A stretch of DNA of 64,000 bases from an uncultured Thalassospiraceae bacterium (lineage in GTDB: Bacteria > Pseudomonadota > Alphaproteobacteria > Rhodospirillales > JAPHRK01). The stretch is taken from contig CBDULT010000004.1 of the NCBI GenBank assembly GCA_965368165.1, positions 90,349 through 154,348 of the forward strand, written 5' to 3'. The notes under the pieces were generated by a model, which saw nothing but the letters and a program-made list of their open reading frames with translations, made no database searches and had not been told where the DNA came from. The translations under genes and the position numbers were made by a program. Shown one piece after another: positions 10,482 through 20,976 of the stretch; the stretch's first letter is position 1; each line of letters begins with the position of its first letter.

Positions 10482-11861
10482 ATGAAGGGGCGTTTGCCAT
10501 TTGTTTTGAGTGTTGTTGTTGGGGTTGCGGGCCTCTCTGTGTCGGCACATTCAGAGACACTCTTAGATGCTCTTGCGACAGCATATAGCAACAACCCTTC
10601 TTTGAAGGCTGGCCAAGCCGGGCTTCGGGCTACGGATGAAGGGGTGCCGCAAGCTTTATCATATTGGCGTCCATCCGTGAGCCTATCTCAAACCTATGGC
10701 CGGGAAAATTCTTGGAATAACACACGAACAGGCAAGCTTACAGCTATTCGCAATCCACGCGCTACGGCTCTCACCGTTACCCAATACCTCTATCGGGGGG
10801 GGCGTACACTGGCTGCGACCGAATCTGCGGAGAGTAGTGTAAAAGCGTCTCGGGCAAGTTTGGTGGCGACAGAGCAAAATGTTTTGCTTAATGCTGCTCT
10901 TGCCTATGCCAATGTTTATCGAGATCAAGCCGTGTTGAATTTGAATGTTAGCAACGAGCAAGTTTTGCGTCGCCAATTAGAAGCAACCAGAGACCGATTT
11001 GAGGTTGGAGAATTGACTCGGACGGATGTTAGTCAGGCTGAGGCCCGCCTTGCTGGTGCAACTGCGGACCGGGTTCAATCCGAAGGGAACCTTAACGCCT
11101 CCCGTGCTTCTTATTTCAATGCTGTTGGTGTTATGCCAGAAAAATTGAGTGAGCCTTTGCCTTTGGGTGATCTTCCAGAAAGTGAAGAAGACGCTGTTGA
11201 TTTAGCATTGAAACAACATCCTGACGTTGTTTCAGCCATCTATACGGAAGAATCATCAAATGCGACTGTCGATAGTATTCGTGGTGAGCTGCTGCCGACT
11301 TTAAGTGTCACAGGCACTGTTTCCCGTGCTGATGAAGCAAGCACCAATACAAGCCGCGCCGATGAAAAGTCCATTGAAGCGACGCTTTCTATACCGCTTT
11401 ATCAGACAGGCTCTGTATATTCTCGTCTTCGTGCTGCCAAGCAAACCGTATCACAAAGCCGAATGAATATTGAGCAAGAGCGTCGGGATGTCACGGAAGC
11501 CTCCCGTCAAGCATGGGATTCGCTGGTAACGGCCCGGGCGAGGATTACGTCGTTTGATGCGCAAATTAAAGCGGCTGAAGTTGCTCTTGAAGGTGTTACA
11601 AGAGAAGCTCAAGTTGGCTCACGCACTGTGCTAGACGTTCTTGATGCTGAGCAAGAGTTGCTGGATGCTAAGGTGAGCCTTGTTCGCGCACAACGTGACC
11701 TCGCTGCTGCTACGGCTCAGCTTAAAGAAGCAACCGGGCAATTAACTGCTCAACACCTCGCTCTTAATGTCCCTTATTACGATGTTGAAAAGCATTACAA
11801 AGAAATCCGCAATAGCTGGGTTGGTGGTTCCAGTTCTGGTGACAGCGATAGCATGAAATAA
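10482..11861 (+). CDS. tolC: TolC-family outer-membrane efflux channel
   Basis: Signal peptide, then LLDALATAYSNNPSLKA. The two internally repeated halves with coiled-coil segments are typical of alphaproteobacterial TolC. 459 aa. Confidence 0.88.
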   Translation: MKGRLPFVLSVVVGVAGLSVSAHSETLLDALATAYSNNPSLKAGQAGLRATDEGVPQALSYWRPSVSLSQTYGRENSWNNTRTGKLTAIRNPRATALTVTQYLYRGGRTLAATESAESSVKASRASLVATEQNVLLNAALAYANVYRDQAVLNLNVSNEQVLRRQLEATRDRFEVGELTRTDVSQAEARLAGATADRVQSEGNLNASRASYFNAVGVMPEKLSEPLPLGDLPESEEDAVDLALKQHPDVVSAIYTEESSNATVDSIRGELLPTLSVTGTVSRADEASTNTSRADEKSIEATLSIPLYQTGSVYSRLRAAKQTVSQSRMNIEQERRDVTEASRQAWDSLVTARARITSFDAQIKAAEVALEGVTREAQVGSRTVLDVLDAEQELLDAKVSLVRAQRDLAAATAQLKEATGQLTAQHLALNVPYYDVEKHYKEIRNSWVGGSSSGDSDSMK

Positions 11862-11869
11862 GTTGTGAT

Positions 11870-11904
11870 GAAGGCGTCTTTTGAATTTAAGACGCCTTCT
11901 TTTT
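11870..11904 (+). terminator. Rho-independent terminator after tolC
   Basis: GAAGGCGTCTT, an 8-nt loop, AAGACGCCTTC (11-bp perfect stem), followed by TTTTTAA. Confidence 0.8.
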
Positions 11905-12068
11905 AAGGTTTTGTTAGTCTAAAATCTAAAAAAAACTCTTTTTTTCCGCCTTTATGTGTCTGTGTTAACAGACTTTTCACGATTCTTGCTGAAACTGGCA
12001 CTGTCGCATTGCTTTATGCTTAGCGCTTAATTTGTTATTGTTATAGGGCGCTTATCGGGGATCGATCT

Positions 12069-12779
<711 letters not shown>

Positions 12780-12805
12780 TTCGACCCTATAAATTTAAGA
12801 TTAAA

Positions 12806-12843
12806 CAGCACCCAGAGCTTTTTGGGTGCTGTTTTCTTTTTTA
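12806..12843 (+). terminator. Rho-independent terminator after popZ
   Basis: CAGCACCCA, a loop, TGGGTGCTG, then TTTTCTTTTTT. Confidence 0.8.
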
Positions 12844-12991
12844 GAGTCCCCTCCCTAAGCGATCATTTGCCTCCCTCAAATGAGTAGACCTAATCAAAAA
12901 GCACCCTAAAGGGGTGATAACGGTTGAACCCCCAGGGTATTCCTTATATATCCGGCAGCTTGACAGATTTTAATTCAGGAGTGAACCAGCT

Positions 12992-15628
12992 ATGCTGGAA
13001 AAAAATTACGCGCCGGAACAGGTAGAAAAAAAGCATTACGAGAACTGGGAGAGTAAAAACGCTTTTGCCGCCCATACAGATTCTCAAGCAGACCCCTATA
13101 CCATTATGATTCCGCCGCCTAATGTGACAGGTAGTCTTCACATGGGCCACGCGCTGACTTTCACCCTGCAGGATATCCTCATCCGTTTTAATCGCATGAA
13201 AGGGAAGGATGCCCTTTGGCAGCCGGGTACTGACCATGCGGGCATCGCTACTCAAATGGTGGTTGAGCGTCAAATGGCCGAAAATGGCGAGACCCGCCAT
13301 GATTATGGCCGGGAGAAGTTTATCGAGAAAGTTTGGGAATGGAAAGCCGAGTCCGGTGGAACCATTACCAAGCAGCTTCGTCGCCTAGGGGCTTCTCTTG
13401 ATTGGGAAAAAGAACGCTTTACCATGGACGAAGGCCTGTCTGAGGCAGTGCGCAAAGTCTTTGTCGCCCTTCACAAGCAAGGCTTGATCTATCGTGATAA
13501 GCGCCTAGTTAACTGGGACCCGAAACTACATACTGCAATTTCTGATCTTGAAGTTGAGCAGCGGGAAATTAATGGCAAGATGTGGTACTTTAAGTACCCT
13601 GTCGAAGGCCAGGAAGGTCAATTTGTCACCGTTGGCACCACACGTCCTGAAACCATGCTTGGGGATACGGGTGTTGCGGTTCACCCCGATGACGAACGCT
13701 ACAAAGATTTGGTTGGTAAGAACGTTGTTCTTCCTATCGTCGGGCGAGTCATCCCGATTGTTGCAGATGAATATGCTGATCCTGAAAAAGGGACGGGTGC
13801 CGTAAAAATTACACCCGCCCACGACTTTAATGATTTTGAAGTTGGGCGTCGTACCGATTTGGATGTCATCAATATCCTCGACCGGGATGCGAAAATTAAT
13901 GAAAACGCGCCAGAGGCATATCAGGGGCTTGATCGTTTCGTTGCGCGGGAAAAAGTTGTTCAGGAAATTACCGACCTAGGCTTGTTTGTTAAGGTTGAAG
14001 AGAACCTGATGCAGGTTCCTTATGGGGATCGGTCTGGGGTGGTTATTGAACCATGGTTGACAGATCAGTGGTTCGTTGATGCCAAGACTCTTGCTAAGCC
14101 GGCGATTGAAGCAGTTGAAACAGGCAAGACCCAATTTGTTCCAAAGCATTGGGAGAACACTTACTACGAATGGATGCGCAACATCCAGCCTTGGTGTATT
14201 TCACGTCAAATATGGTGGGGCCATCAGGTTCCAGCTTGGTATGATGCAGAAGGCAACATTTATGTTGAAGAAACCTTCGAGGAAGCGCAGGCGGCGGCTG
14301 GTGACGGGGTTGAGTTAACAAGAGATAGCGATGTTCTTGATACTTGGTTCTCTTCCGCCTTATGGCCCTTCTCGACCCTTGGCTGGCCCGATAAGACGCC
14401 CGAACTGGACCGTTATTATCCAACAGATGTGCTGGTCACAGGTTTTGATATTATTTTCTTCTGGGTTGCTCGGATGATGATGATGGGTATCCACTTTATG
14501 GATGATGTTCCCTTCACGACAATCTATATCCATGCCTTAGTACGGGATGAGAAGGGGCAGAAAATGTCCAAATCCAAAGGGAATATCATTGATCCCTTGG
14601 ATATCATTGCCAAATACGGCACCGACTCTTTACGTTTCACTCTTACCGCGATGGCGGCTCAAGGGCGCGATATCAAACTTGCCGAAAGCCGGGTAGAAGG
14701 CTATCGGAACTTTGTTACTAAGATTTGGAATGCCTCCCGATATTGTGAGATGAACGAGTGTCATCCTGTCGAAGGATTCGATCCTGCTTCATGCCGTCTG
14801 ACGGTCAATAAATGGATTGTCGGCAAAACCCTTGAGGCGGCGGCTAAGGTGTCAGAAGCCATTGAAGCTTATCGGTTTAATGACGCGGCTAATGCCAGCT
14901 ACCAGTTCGCTTGGGGCACTTTCTGCGATTGGTACTTGGAGTTCTCAAAACCGATACTTAACGGAGATGACGAAGCAGCCAAGGCTGAAACCCGCGCAAC
15001 AGCGGCCTGGGCCTTAGATCAAGTTCTTCATATCCTCCATCCGATGATGCCATATGTTACGGAAGAGTTGTGGGAACAGCTCGGGGAAACACGCCCTGGG
15101 TTGCTCATGCTTCAGCAATGGCCCCAAGATGACGATTCGTTGATTGATGAACAAGCAAACCAGGAAATGGATTGGGTTGTTCGCCTTGTTTCAGAAATCA
15201 GGCGTGTCCGCACAGAGATGAATGTGCCGCCTGGAGCCAAAGTATCTTTGCTGCTTAAAGGAGCAGGAGACGATACAATCAATGAAATTACCCGTAATGG
15301 GGGATTGATTCAGCGTTTAGCCCGCATCAGTGATATTAACTCTACGGATGATGTTCCTAAAGGGGCGGTCCAGCTTATCGTTGACGATGTTACTTACATT
15401 ATGCCTCTTGCTGATGTGGTTGACTTTGCAGCGGAAAAAACAAGATTAGAAAAAGTTATCGCTAAGCTGGAAGATGAAAAATCGAAGCTCGAAAAGAAAC
15501 TTTCAAATAAAGGTTTCCTTGAAAAAGCCCCAAAAGAGGTGGTTGAAGAGCAACGAGATCGTCAGGTTAAGATTGGGCTAGACCTAGAGAAACAGAATGA
15601 AGCTCTGGTTCGATTAGCATCTTTTTAA
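12992..15628 (+). CDS. valS: Valine--tRNA ligase
   Basis: Class I HIGH motif (PPPNVTGSLHMGHAL), KMSKS motif, C-terminal coiled coil. 878 aa. Confidence 0.97.
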   Translation: MLEKNYAPEQVEKKHYENWESKNAFAAHTDSQADPYTIMIPPPNVTGSLHMGHALTFTLQDILIRFNRMKGKDALWQPGTDHAGIATQMVVERQMAENGETRHDYGREKFIEKVWEWKAESGGTITKQLRRLGASLDWEKERFTMDEGLSEAVRKVFVALHKQGLIYRDKRLVNWDPKLHTAISDLEVEQREINGKMWYFKYPVEGQEGQFVTVGTTRPETMLGDTGVAVHPDDERYKDLVGKNVVLPIVGRVIPIVADEYADPEKGTGAVKITPAHDFNDFEVGRRTDLDVINILDRDAKINENAPEAYQGLDRFVAREKVVQEITDLGLFVKVEENLMQVPYGDRSGVVIEPWLTDQWFVDAKTLAKPAIEAVETGKTQFVPKHWENTYYEWMRNIQPWCISRQIWWGHQVPAWYDAEGNIYVEETFEEAQAAAGDGVELTRDSDVLDTWFSSALWPFSTLGWPDKTPELDRYYPTDVLVTGFDIIFFWVARMMMMGIHFMDDVPFTTIYIHALVRDEKGQKMSKSKGNIIDPLDIIAKYGTDSLRFTLTAMAAQGRDIKLAESRVEGYRNFVTKIWNASRYCEMNECHPVEGFDPASCRLTVNKWIVGKTLEAAAKVSEAIEAYRFNDAANASYQFAWGTFCDWYLEFSKPILNGDDEAAKAETRATAAWALDQVLHILHPMMPYVTEELWEQLGETRPGLLMLQQWPQDDDSLIDEQANQEMDWVVRLVSEIRRVRTEMNVPPGAKVSLLLKGAGDDTINEITRNGGLIQRLARISDINSTDDVPKGAVQLIVDDVTYIMPLADVVDFAAEKTRLEKVIAKLEDEKSKLEKKLSNKGFLEKAPKEVVEEQRDRQVKIGLDLEKQNEALVRLASF

Positions 15629-15822
15629 TCAAATTTATGGTAGTGTCTGTAGGTTGCAAGTGTTTTTTTGATGCTTTCTAAATTACCTATATCTTGCAAT
15701 GAAGGACTAAATTGATTATACTTCGGATGACTGAAGTTAGTCGTGTGTTAACTGCTCCTAGAGGGGTGATGCAAATTTAATCGTTTGTTCACCTTGGGGC
15801 GTAGTAAGAAAGGGCTGAGAAA

Positions 15823-16131
15823 ATGGCCTTAGAATCAGGTGGAATGGGCTCAGAAGGAGCCGCAACGATACCAACAGCGTCGGCAGAAGGCGCAGCCTTG
15901 ATGGTTGCCAAAGAAGTTGCCCAAGTGCAAAAGGAAGTCGTCGCAGAAATGCGTGAACGTCCTACTCGGGATACCGAAGATATTGTCGATGTTCGTAATG
16001 AAAAAGCTGAAGAGCTGGCAGCTTCTACGGCAGCTGCTGCAAGTGATGCGAAAAATGAGCAAGATGCTTCTTCCGATAAGAAAGAAAGCAAGCCTCAGGT
16101 TTCTGCTCTCGGCGTTAATGTTTCGGTATAG
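15823..16131 (+). CDS. Hypothetical small acidic Ala/Glu-rich protein (102 aa)
   Basis: Its composition looks more coding-like than the Ser-rich antisense ORF 15789..16091. The RBS is weak (AAGGG/GAGAAA). No motif recognised. Confidence 0.35.
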   Translation: MALESGGMGSEGAATIPTASAEGAALMVAKEVAQVQKEVVAEMRERPTRDTEDIVDVRNEKAEELAASTAAAASDAKNEQDASSDKKESKPQVSALGVNVSV

Positions 16132-16419
16132 CTGAATTTTAATTCTGAGCTGTTTATAGCTTTATGTGCCGGGCAAATTCAAAAGCCCGGCGAGAAGCTT
16201 TCGATAGTGGTTGGCTAGGTAGTAATTAGCCAAAAGGATTGGTTCGACTTTTTTTAAGCGATCTACCTATCATGAAAGCTATTTTTTAGACGCGCTTGTG
16301 AGTGCGCCTATTGTTGTGCCTTCATTCCTGGGGGGCGGGTGTCGGAATAAACCTAGCTAAGCTATTCTGGAGGCCAAAGCGTTCCCGAGTCAATTGGGTC
16401 AATGTAACGGGTGAATGTT

Positions 16420-16719
16420 CTAAGTTTTACTGATGTTTGTTTTGATGATTTCGGTCATGGTGACACCAAGGTGTTCTTCGACGACCACAACATCTCCGCG
16501 CGCGATAAGGCGGTCATTGGCGCGTAATTCAATCTCTTGTTCAACCCGTTGGTTAAGTTCCACAACCGCACCACGGCCAAGTTTAAGGAGTTGGCTTACT
16601 TTCATCGTCGCCGTTCCGAGTACCGCCGTCATTTCGATGGGAACATCGTAAACAGCTTCTACAGAATTAGGATTTGTTCCTTCTGTCCCTTCTGGATTTT
16701 CGTCGTCTTCGTCGGCCAT
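16420..16719 (-). CDS. fliN: Flagellar motor switch protein FliN
   Basis: The C-terminal SpoA/FliN domain (VPIEMTAVLGTATMKVSQLLKLGRGAVVELNQRVEQEIELRANDRLIARGDVVVV) is typical of FliN. The N-terminus is acidic. Confidence 0.88.
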   Translation of the reverse strand: MADEDDENPEGTEGTNPNSVEAVYDVPIEMTAVLGTATMKVSQLLKLGRGAVVELNQRVEQEIELRANDRLIARGDVVVVEEHLGVTMTEIIKTNISKT

Positions 16720-16907
16720 TTTGAAACCTTAATAAACCCAATAACTGATTGCACCAAAATAGAAGAAATAAGTGAATAGGCTGTTAACAGGTGGATATTA
16801 TTTAATTTCACACTATTTGAAGGATTTCTGCCCTTTTCCTCGGCTAATCGCCCCGTTATTCTCTTCGACAATTATTTTATCACCAAGACAGACTAAGGAT
16901 AGACATA

Positions 16908-18755
16908 ATGCCAGAATATCGCTCCAAAACATCCACTCATGGCCGCAATATGGCAGGGGCACGTGGCCTTTGGCGGGCGACCGGAATGACTGATGAAGAT
17001 TTTGGCAAACCGATTATCGCTGTGGTTAACTCCTTCACCCAGTTTGTCCCTGGTCATGTCCATCTTCACGATATCGGCCAAATGGTCTGCCGAGAGATTG
17101 AAGCTCACGGCGGTATTGCAAAAGAATTCAACACCATTGCCATCGATGACGGCATTGCAATGGGCCATGGTGGCATGCTTTACAGCTTGCCATCGCGGGA
17201 GATCATTGCAGATTCTGTCGAGTATATGTGCAATGCCCACACAGCCGATGCCATGGTCTGTATTTCCAACTGTGACAAAATCACGCCCGGTATGTTAATG
17301 GCAGCCATGCGCCTCAATATTCCGGCGATCTTCGTTTCTGGCGGGCCAATGGAAGCTGGAAAAGTGATCGACGGCGGTAAAGAAATCGCGGTCGATCTGA
17401 TCGATGCCATGCTTAAAGGGGCAGACCCGACTGTGTCCGATGAGACCTCGGATGCCTACGAGCGTTCTTCTTGCCCGACCTGCGGTTCTTGCTCTGGTAT
17501 GTTCACGGCAAACTCCATGAACTGTTTAGCCGAAGCTCTGGGCATGGCTTTGCCGGGCAATGGTTCCCTTGTTGCTACCCATGCTGACCGCAAAGAACTG
17601 TTCTTACGGGCCGGGCGCATGATTGTCGACCTGACCAAACAGTATTATGAAAAGGATGATGCCAGCGTCTTGCCACGTTCCATCGCTACCTTCGAAGCCT
17701 TTGAGAATGCGATGTGCCTGGATATCGCCATGGGCGGTTCTACCAATACGGTTCTGCACTTGCTCGCGATTGCTCAAGAAGCTGAAGTTGATTTCGGCAT
17801 GGCTGATATCGACAAACTTTCTCGTAAGGTGCCCAACCTCTCCAAAGTTGCGCCTAACACCCAGGAATATCATATGGAAGATGTTCACCGTGCGGGCGGT
17901 ATTATGGGTCTCTTGGGCGAACTTAATCGAGGAGGTTTGCTTCATGGCGATTGCTCAACGATCCATAGTAAAGATTTTAATGAGGCCTTGGCGAAATGGG
18001 ATATCGTTTCCACCCAAGATGAGGAGGTAAAGACCTTCTATCGGGCGGCGCCTGCCGGCGTGCGCACCACCGAAGCTTTTAGCCAAAAGTCTCTTTACAA
18101 AACCTTGGATGATGACCGGGCTGGGGGCTGTATTCGCAATTTCGAAAATGCATATTCGAAAGAAGGTGGCCTTGCCGTTTTGTTTGGCAATATTGCTATA
18201 GACGGCTGTATCGTTAAAACCGCTGGTGTAGACGAAAAGAGCTTTCTGTTTTCTGGTCCCGCGATTGTTTGCGAAAGCCAGGAAGAGGCCGTGAGCCGAA
18301 TTCTTGGCGGTGATGTTAAGAAAGGCGACGTGGTCGTTGTTCGCTACGAAGGCCCCAAAGGTGGCCCAGGTATGCAGGAAATGCTTTATCCAACCACCTA
18401 CCTCAAATCCATGGGGCTTGGCAAAGATTGCGCCCTGATTACAGATGGACGCTTCTCTGGTGGCACTTCCGGCCTCTCCATTGGTCACGCCTCTCCAGAA
18501 GCAGCGAATGGCGGCATGATCGGCTTGGTAGAAGAAGGGGATATGATTGAGATCAACATTCCAGAACGCTCTATTAATGTAAAACTCTCTGATGAGGAAC
18601 TGAGTAAACGCCAGGATGCTATGGAAGCTAAAGGCAAAGAAGCCTGGAAGCCAAAATCTCGTGACCGGGTGGTCTCAACCGCTCTCAAAGCCTACGCCGC
18701 GATGGCTTCCAGTGCTGACAAAGGGGCTGTAAGAGATATTAGCAAGCTCGGCTAA
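16908..18755 (+). CDS. ilvD: Dihydroxy-acid dehydratase
   Basis: [38 protein letters not shown] and [18 protein letters not shown] motifs. 615 aa. Confidence 0.97.
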   Translation: MPEYRSKTSTHGRNMAGARGLWRATGMTDEDFGKPIIAVVNSFTQFVPGHVHLHDIGQMVCREIEAHGGIAKEFNTIAIDDGIAMGHGGMLYSLPSREIIADSVEYMCNAHTADAMVCISNCDKITPGMLMAAMRLNIPAIFVSGGPMEAGKVIDGGKEIAVDLIDAMLKGADPTVSDETSDAYERSSCPTCGSCSGMFTANSMNCLAEALGMALPGNGSLVATHADRKELFLRAGRMIVDLTKQYYEKDDASVLPRSIATFEAFENAMCLDIAMGGSTNTVLHLLAIAQEAEVDFGMADIDKLSRKVPNLSKVAPNTQEYHMEDVHRAGGIMGLLGELNRGGLLHGDCSTIHSKDFNEALAKWDIVSTQDEEVKTFYRAAPAGVRTTEAFSQKSLYKTLDDDRAGGCIRNFENAYSKEGGLAVLFGNIAIDGCIVKTAGVDEKSFLFSGPAIVCESQEEAVSRILGGDVKKGDVVVVRYEGPKGGPGMQEMLYPTTYLKSMGLGKDCALITDGRFSGGTSGLSIGHASPEAANGGMIGLVEEGDMIEINIPERSINVKLSDEELSKRQDAMEAKGKEAWKPKSRDRVVSTALKAYAAMASSADKGAVRDISKLG

Positions 18756-18756
18756 T

Positions 18757-19335
18757 TTAACGAAGTTTGAATTCCCCTGAGAGTTTTGAGCCTCTTAGGG
18801 GAAACGGCTCCAGACCATCAATGCTGACGGTGTTTTTTCTATCTTGGTAATCCTTGGTACCTTTGTCGCCGACCCTTTCAAAATGATTGGTGAGATCGTC
18901 ACGTTGGCCTTGGAATTCGTAGAGAGGGACACCGAAGCCGCAAGCGGTTTGTACGTCGTCAACTTCAATCACCATCACCTGACGTGTCCCTATGGGTGGG
19001 CTGTCAAAGAGGGTGATGTAATCTTCCCAATCAGGTGATACTGCTGTCACGGCCCGCCCTGTGCCATAAAGACGCAGGATATTTGGTTCACCCTCAAAAG
19101 CACAGAACATCAGCGTAATTCGGCCATTTTGTTTCAGGTGGGCCGAGGTTTCATTGCCACTGCCCGTCATATCCAAATAGGCAACTTGATTGGGTGAGAG
19201 GATTTCAAAGCTATCGAGACCTTTAGGGGAAATATTGATCCGCCCTTTTTCAGGAGCTGTGGCGACAAAAAACATTTTCTGCTTTTCGATAAACTCTCGC
19301 AAGTTGGGGTCAATCTGTTTGTAGAACTTGGACAT
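18757..19335 (-). CDS. Pyridoxamine 5'-phosphate oxidase family (FMN-binding split barrel) protein
   Basis: MFFVATAPEKGRINISPKG and the overall size resemble the PNPOx-like family. Convergent with ilvD across a 1-nt gap. Confidence 0.65.
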   Translation of the reverse strand: MSKFYKQIDPNLREFIEKQKMFFVATAPEKGRINISPKGLDSFEILSPNQVAYLDMTGSGNETSAHLKQNGRITLMFCAFEGEPNILRLYGTGRAVTAVSPDWEDYITLFDSPPIGTRQVMVIEVDDVQTACGFGVPLYEFQGQRDDLTNHFERVGDKGTKDYQDRKNTVSIDGLEPFPLRGSKLSGEFKLR

Positions 19336-19338
19336 GAT

Positions 19339-20109
19339 TTATTCCTTCAATTCGCACCAAACGGGCGTATGGTCTGAAGCTTTCTCCCAGCCCCTTGGGG
19401 TTCGATCAATCCCAGAGGCCGTCAGGCGGTCCGCAGCTTGGGGGGAGAGGAATAGATGGTCGATGAGTACCCCTTGGTCCTTATTCCACCCGCCTCCGCG
19501 ATAATCCCACCAGGAATACCGCCCTGTTTCATGGTTAAAAGCACGATAGGCATCGGTGAAGCCCAGGTTAAGGATTTTGCGTAAGGCAGTGCGTGATTCA
19601 GAGCGGAAGAGGGCGTCGTTGCGCCACCCTTCTGGGTCATGGCAATCCCCCGCTTGTTGGATCACGTTGTAATCTCCGCCCAATACTACGGCATCCTCAG
19701 ACTCCAGCAGGGATTGGGCTTGGGCAAAAAGCCGATCCATCCAGGCAAGTTTGTAGGTGAATTTTTCTGTATCAACCGGATTACCGTTGGGGAGATAGAT
19801 AGAGGCCACCCGAACACCATCGGTGAAGCCTTCAATATAGCGAGCCTGTTCGTCGCCCTCATCACCGGGGAGACGGGTTTCGATGACATCAATGGGGGTT
19901 TTAGACAGGATGGCAACGCCGTTATAGGTCTTTTGCCCTGAAACAGCGCAGTTATAGCCCAACTCCTCCACTTCAAGGGTTGGGAAGGCCTCGGTAACTC
20001 CCTTGAGCTCCTGAAGCAAAACCACATCTGGAGAGGCCTCTGTGAGCCATGTGAGTAGATGGGGGAGACGGGCTTTAACGGAATTTACGTTCCAGGTGGC
20101 TATCTTCAC
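19339..20109 (-). CDS. xthA: Exodeoxyribonuclease III
   Basis: MKIATWNVNS..., LQELK, GDYNV and SDHTPVW motifs of the EEP/ExoIII family. GTG start. Confidence 0.93.
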   Translation of the reverse strand: MKIATWNVNSVKARLPHLLTWLTEASPDVVLLQELKGVTEAFPTLEVEELGYNCAVSGQKTYNGVAILSKTPIDVIETRLPGDEGDEQARYIEGFTDGVRVASIYLPNGNPVDTEKFTYKLAWMDRLFAQAQSLLESEDAVVLGGDYNVIQQAGDCHDPEGWRNDALFRSESRTALRKILNLGFTDAYRAFNHETGRYSWWDYRGGGWNKDQGVLIDHLFLSPQAADRLTASGIDRTPRGWEKASDHTPVWCELKE

Positions 20110-20194
20110 TTTTATTCAATCCCTTTTGACGAATCATGGTTAACTCCCTATCTAAGAACGACTTGCCCTGAATTGAAAGTTATTTGGAACAAAC

Positions 20195-20836
20195 GTGCGT
20201 AAAAATATTCTACCTCTGCTGTTATTGCTTCTTGTCTTGCCTTCCATAGCGGAAGCCAAGCAGAGATGTTTTGCGGCATCTGACCCTGTGGAGGTTGTTT
20301 TTCAAGTTATTCATGGGCGGGTTGTCGAACGTTTTGACCTAAGCCGGGCGCAAATGTCCTCGTTTATTAGGGGAAGGGGGTCAAATAGGGTTTCCGAAGG
20401 GTATACCCAGATGCGCTATAACCAGGATTTATCTGTAAGCGTCATGAGCAATGGCCAAAATTGTGTTTATCTGAAAGCGGTGTCGCTGAAAGTTAAAATC
20501 TCCGATATCAATGTTTTTATCGCCCGTGAACATAAACCCGGGTCCTGTCCTTTTAACGTCACCCGTGACCATGAAGATGAGCATGTCAATATTATCCAAT
20601 CGGCATTTGACAGCTATTTGCCTCAGGTGGAAGCAAAGTTGGAAAGGGTTGCCTGGAACATGAGGCCAATCTCGGCCCGCTCCGTTAATCAGGCCTCTAA
20701 AAAAATGCTTAACCAACTTCAGCGCGCCGTTCAGCCTATCTTTGATCGCATGGACCGCCAGATGAACAGAGAGAACGCGGCAATTGATACCCGCGCAAGT
20801 TATCTGGCACTCTCAGCACAGTGCGACGATTGGTAA
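20195..20836 (+). CDS. Secreted hypothetical protein with HExxH motif (DUF922-like putative zinc protease)
   Basis: Signal peptide (LLLLLLVLPSIAEA) and an HEDEH motif at TRDHEDEHVNI. The layout, with a conserved Cys followed by beta-like segments before HExxH, resembles COG5661/DUF922 as I recall it. GTG start. Confidence 0.45.
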   Translation: MRKNILPLLLLLLVLPSIAEAKQRCFAASDPVEVVFQVIHGRVVERFDLSRAQMSSFIRGRGSNRVSEGYTQMRYNQDLSVSVMSNGQNCVYLKAVSLKVKISDINVFIAREHKPGSCPFNVTRDHEDEHVNIIQSAFDSYLPQVEAKLERVAWNMRPISARSVNQASKKMLNQLQRAVQPIFDRMDRQMNRENAAIDTRASYLALSAQCDDW

Positions 20837-20976
20837 TAAGCTTATTGCTGAACTAAATCCAATTGATAGGCTGTTAGAATTTTCTATTTCAAGATAACAT
20901 TAACTATTAAATGGCTAAAGTTATGATGAAAAATCATTCCAGCTATTTGTGATTAAACAAGGCGTTGACCCCAAAA

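Noticed and set aside
12025-12045. A TGGCAC...TTGC string upstream of popZ resembling a sigma54 promoter. A similar TGGCACCATTTTCTCC string occurs at about 2693.
   Set aside because: At popZ the GG-to-GC spacing is 2 nt too long. At about 2693 the -12 element lacks the invariant GC.
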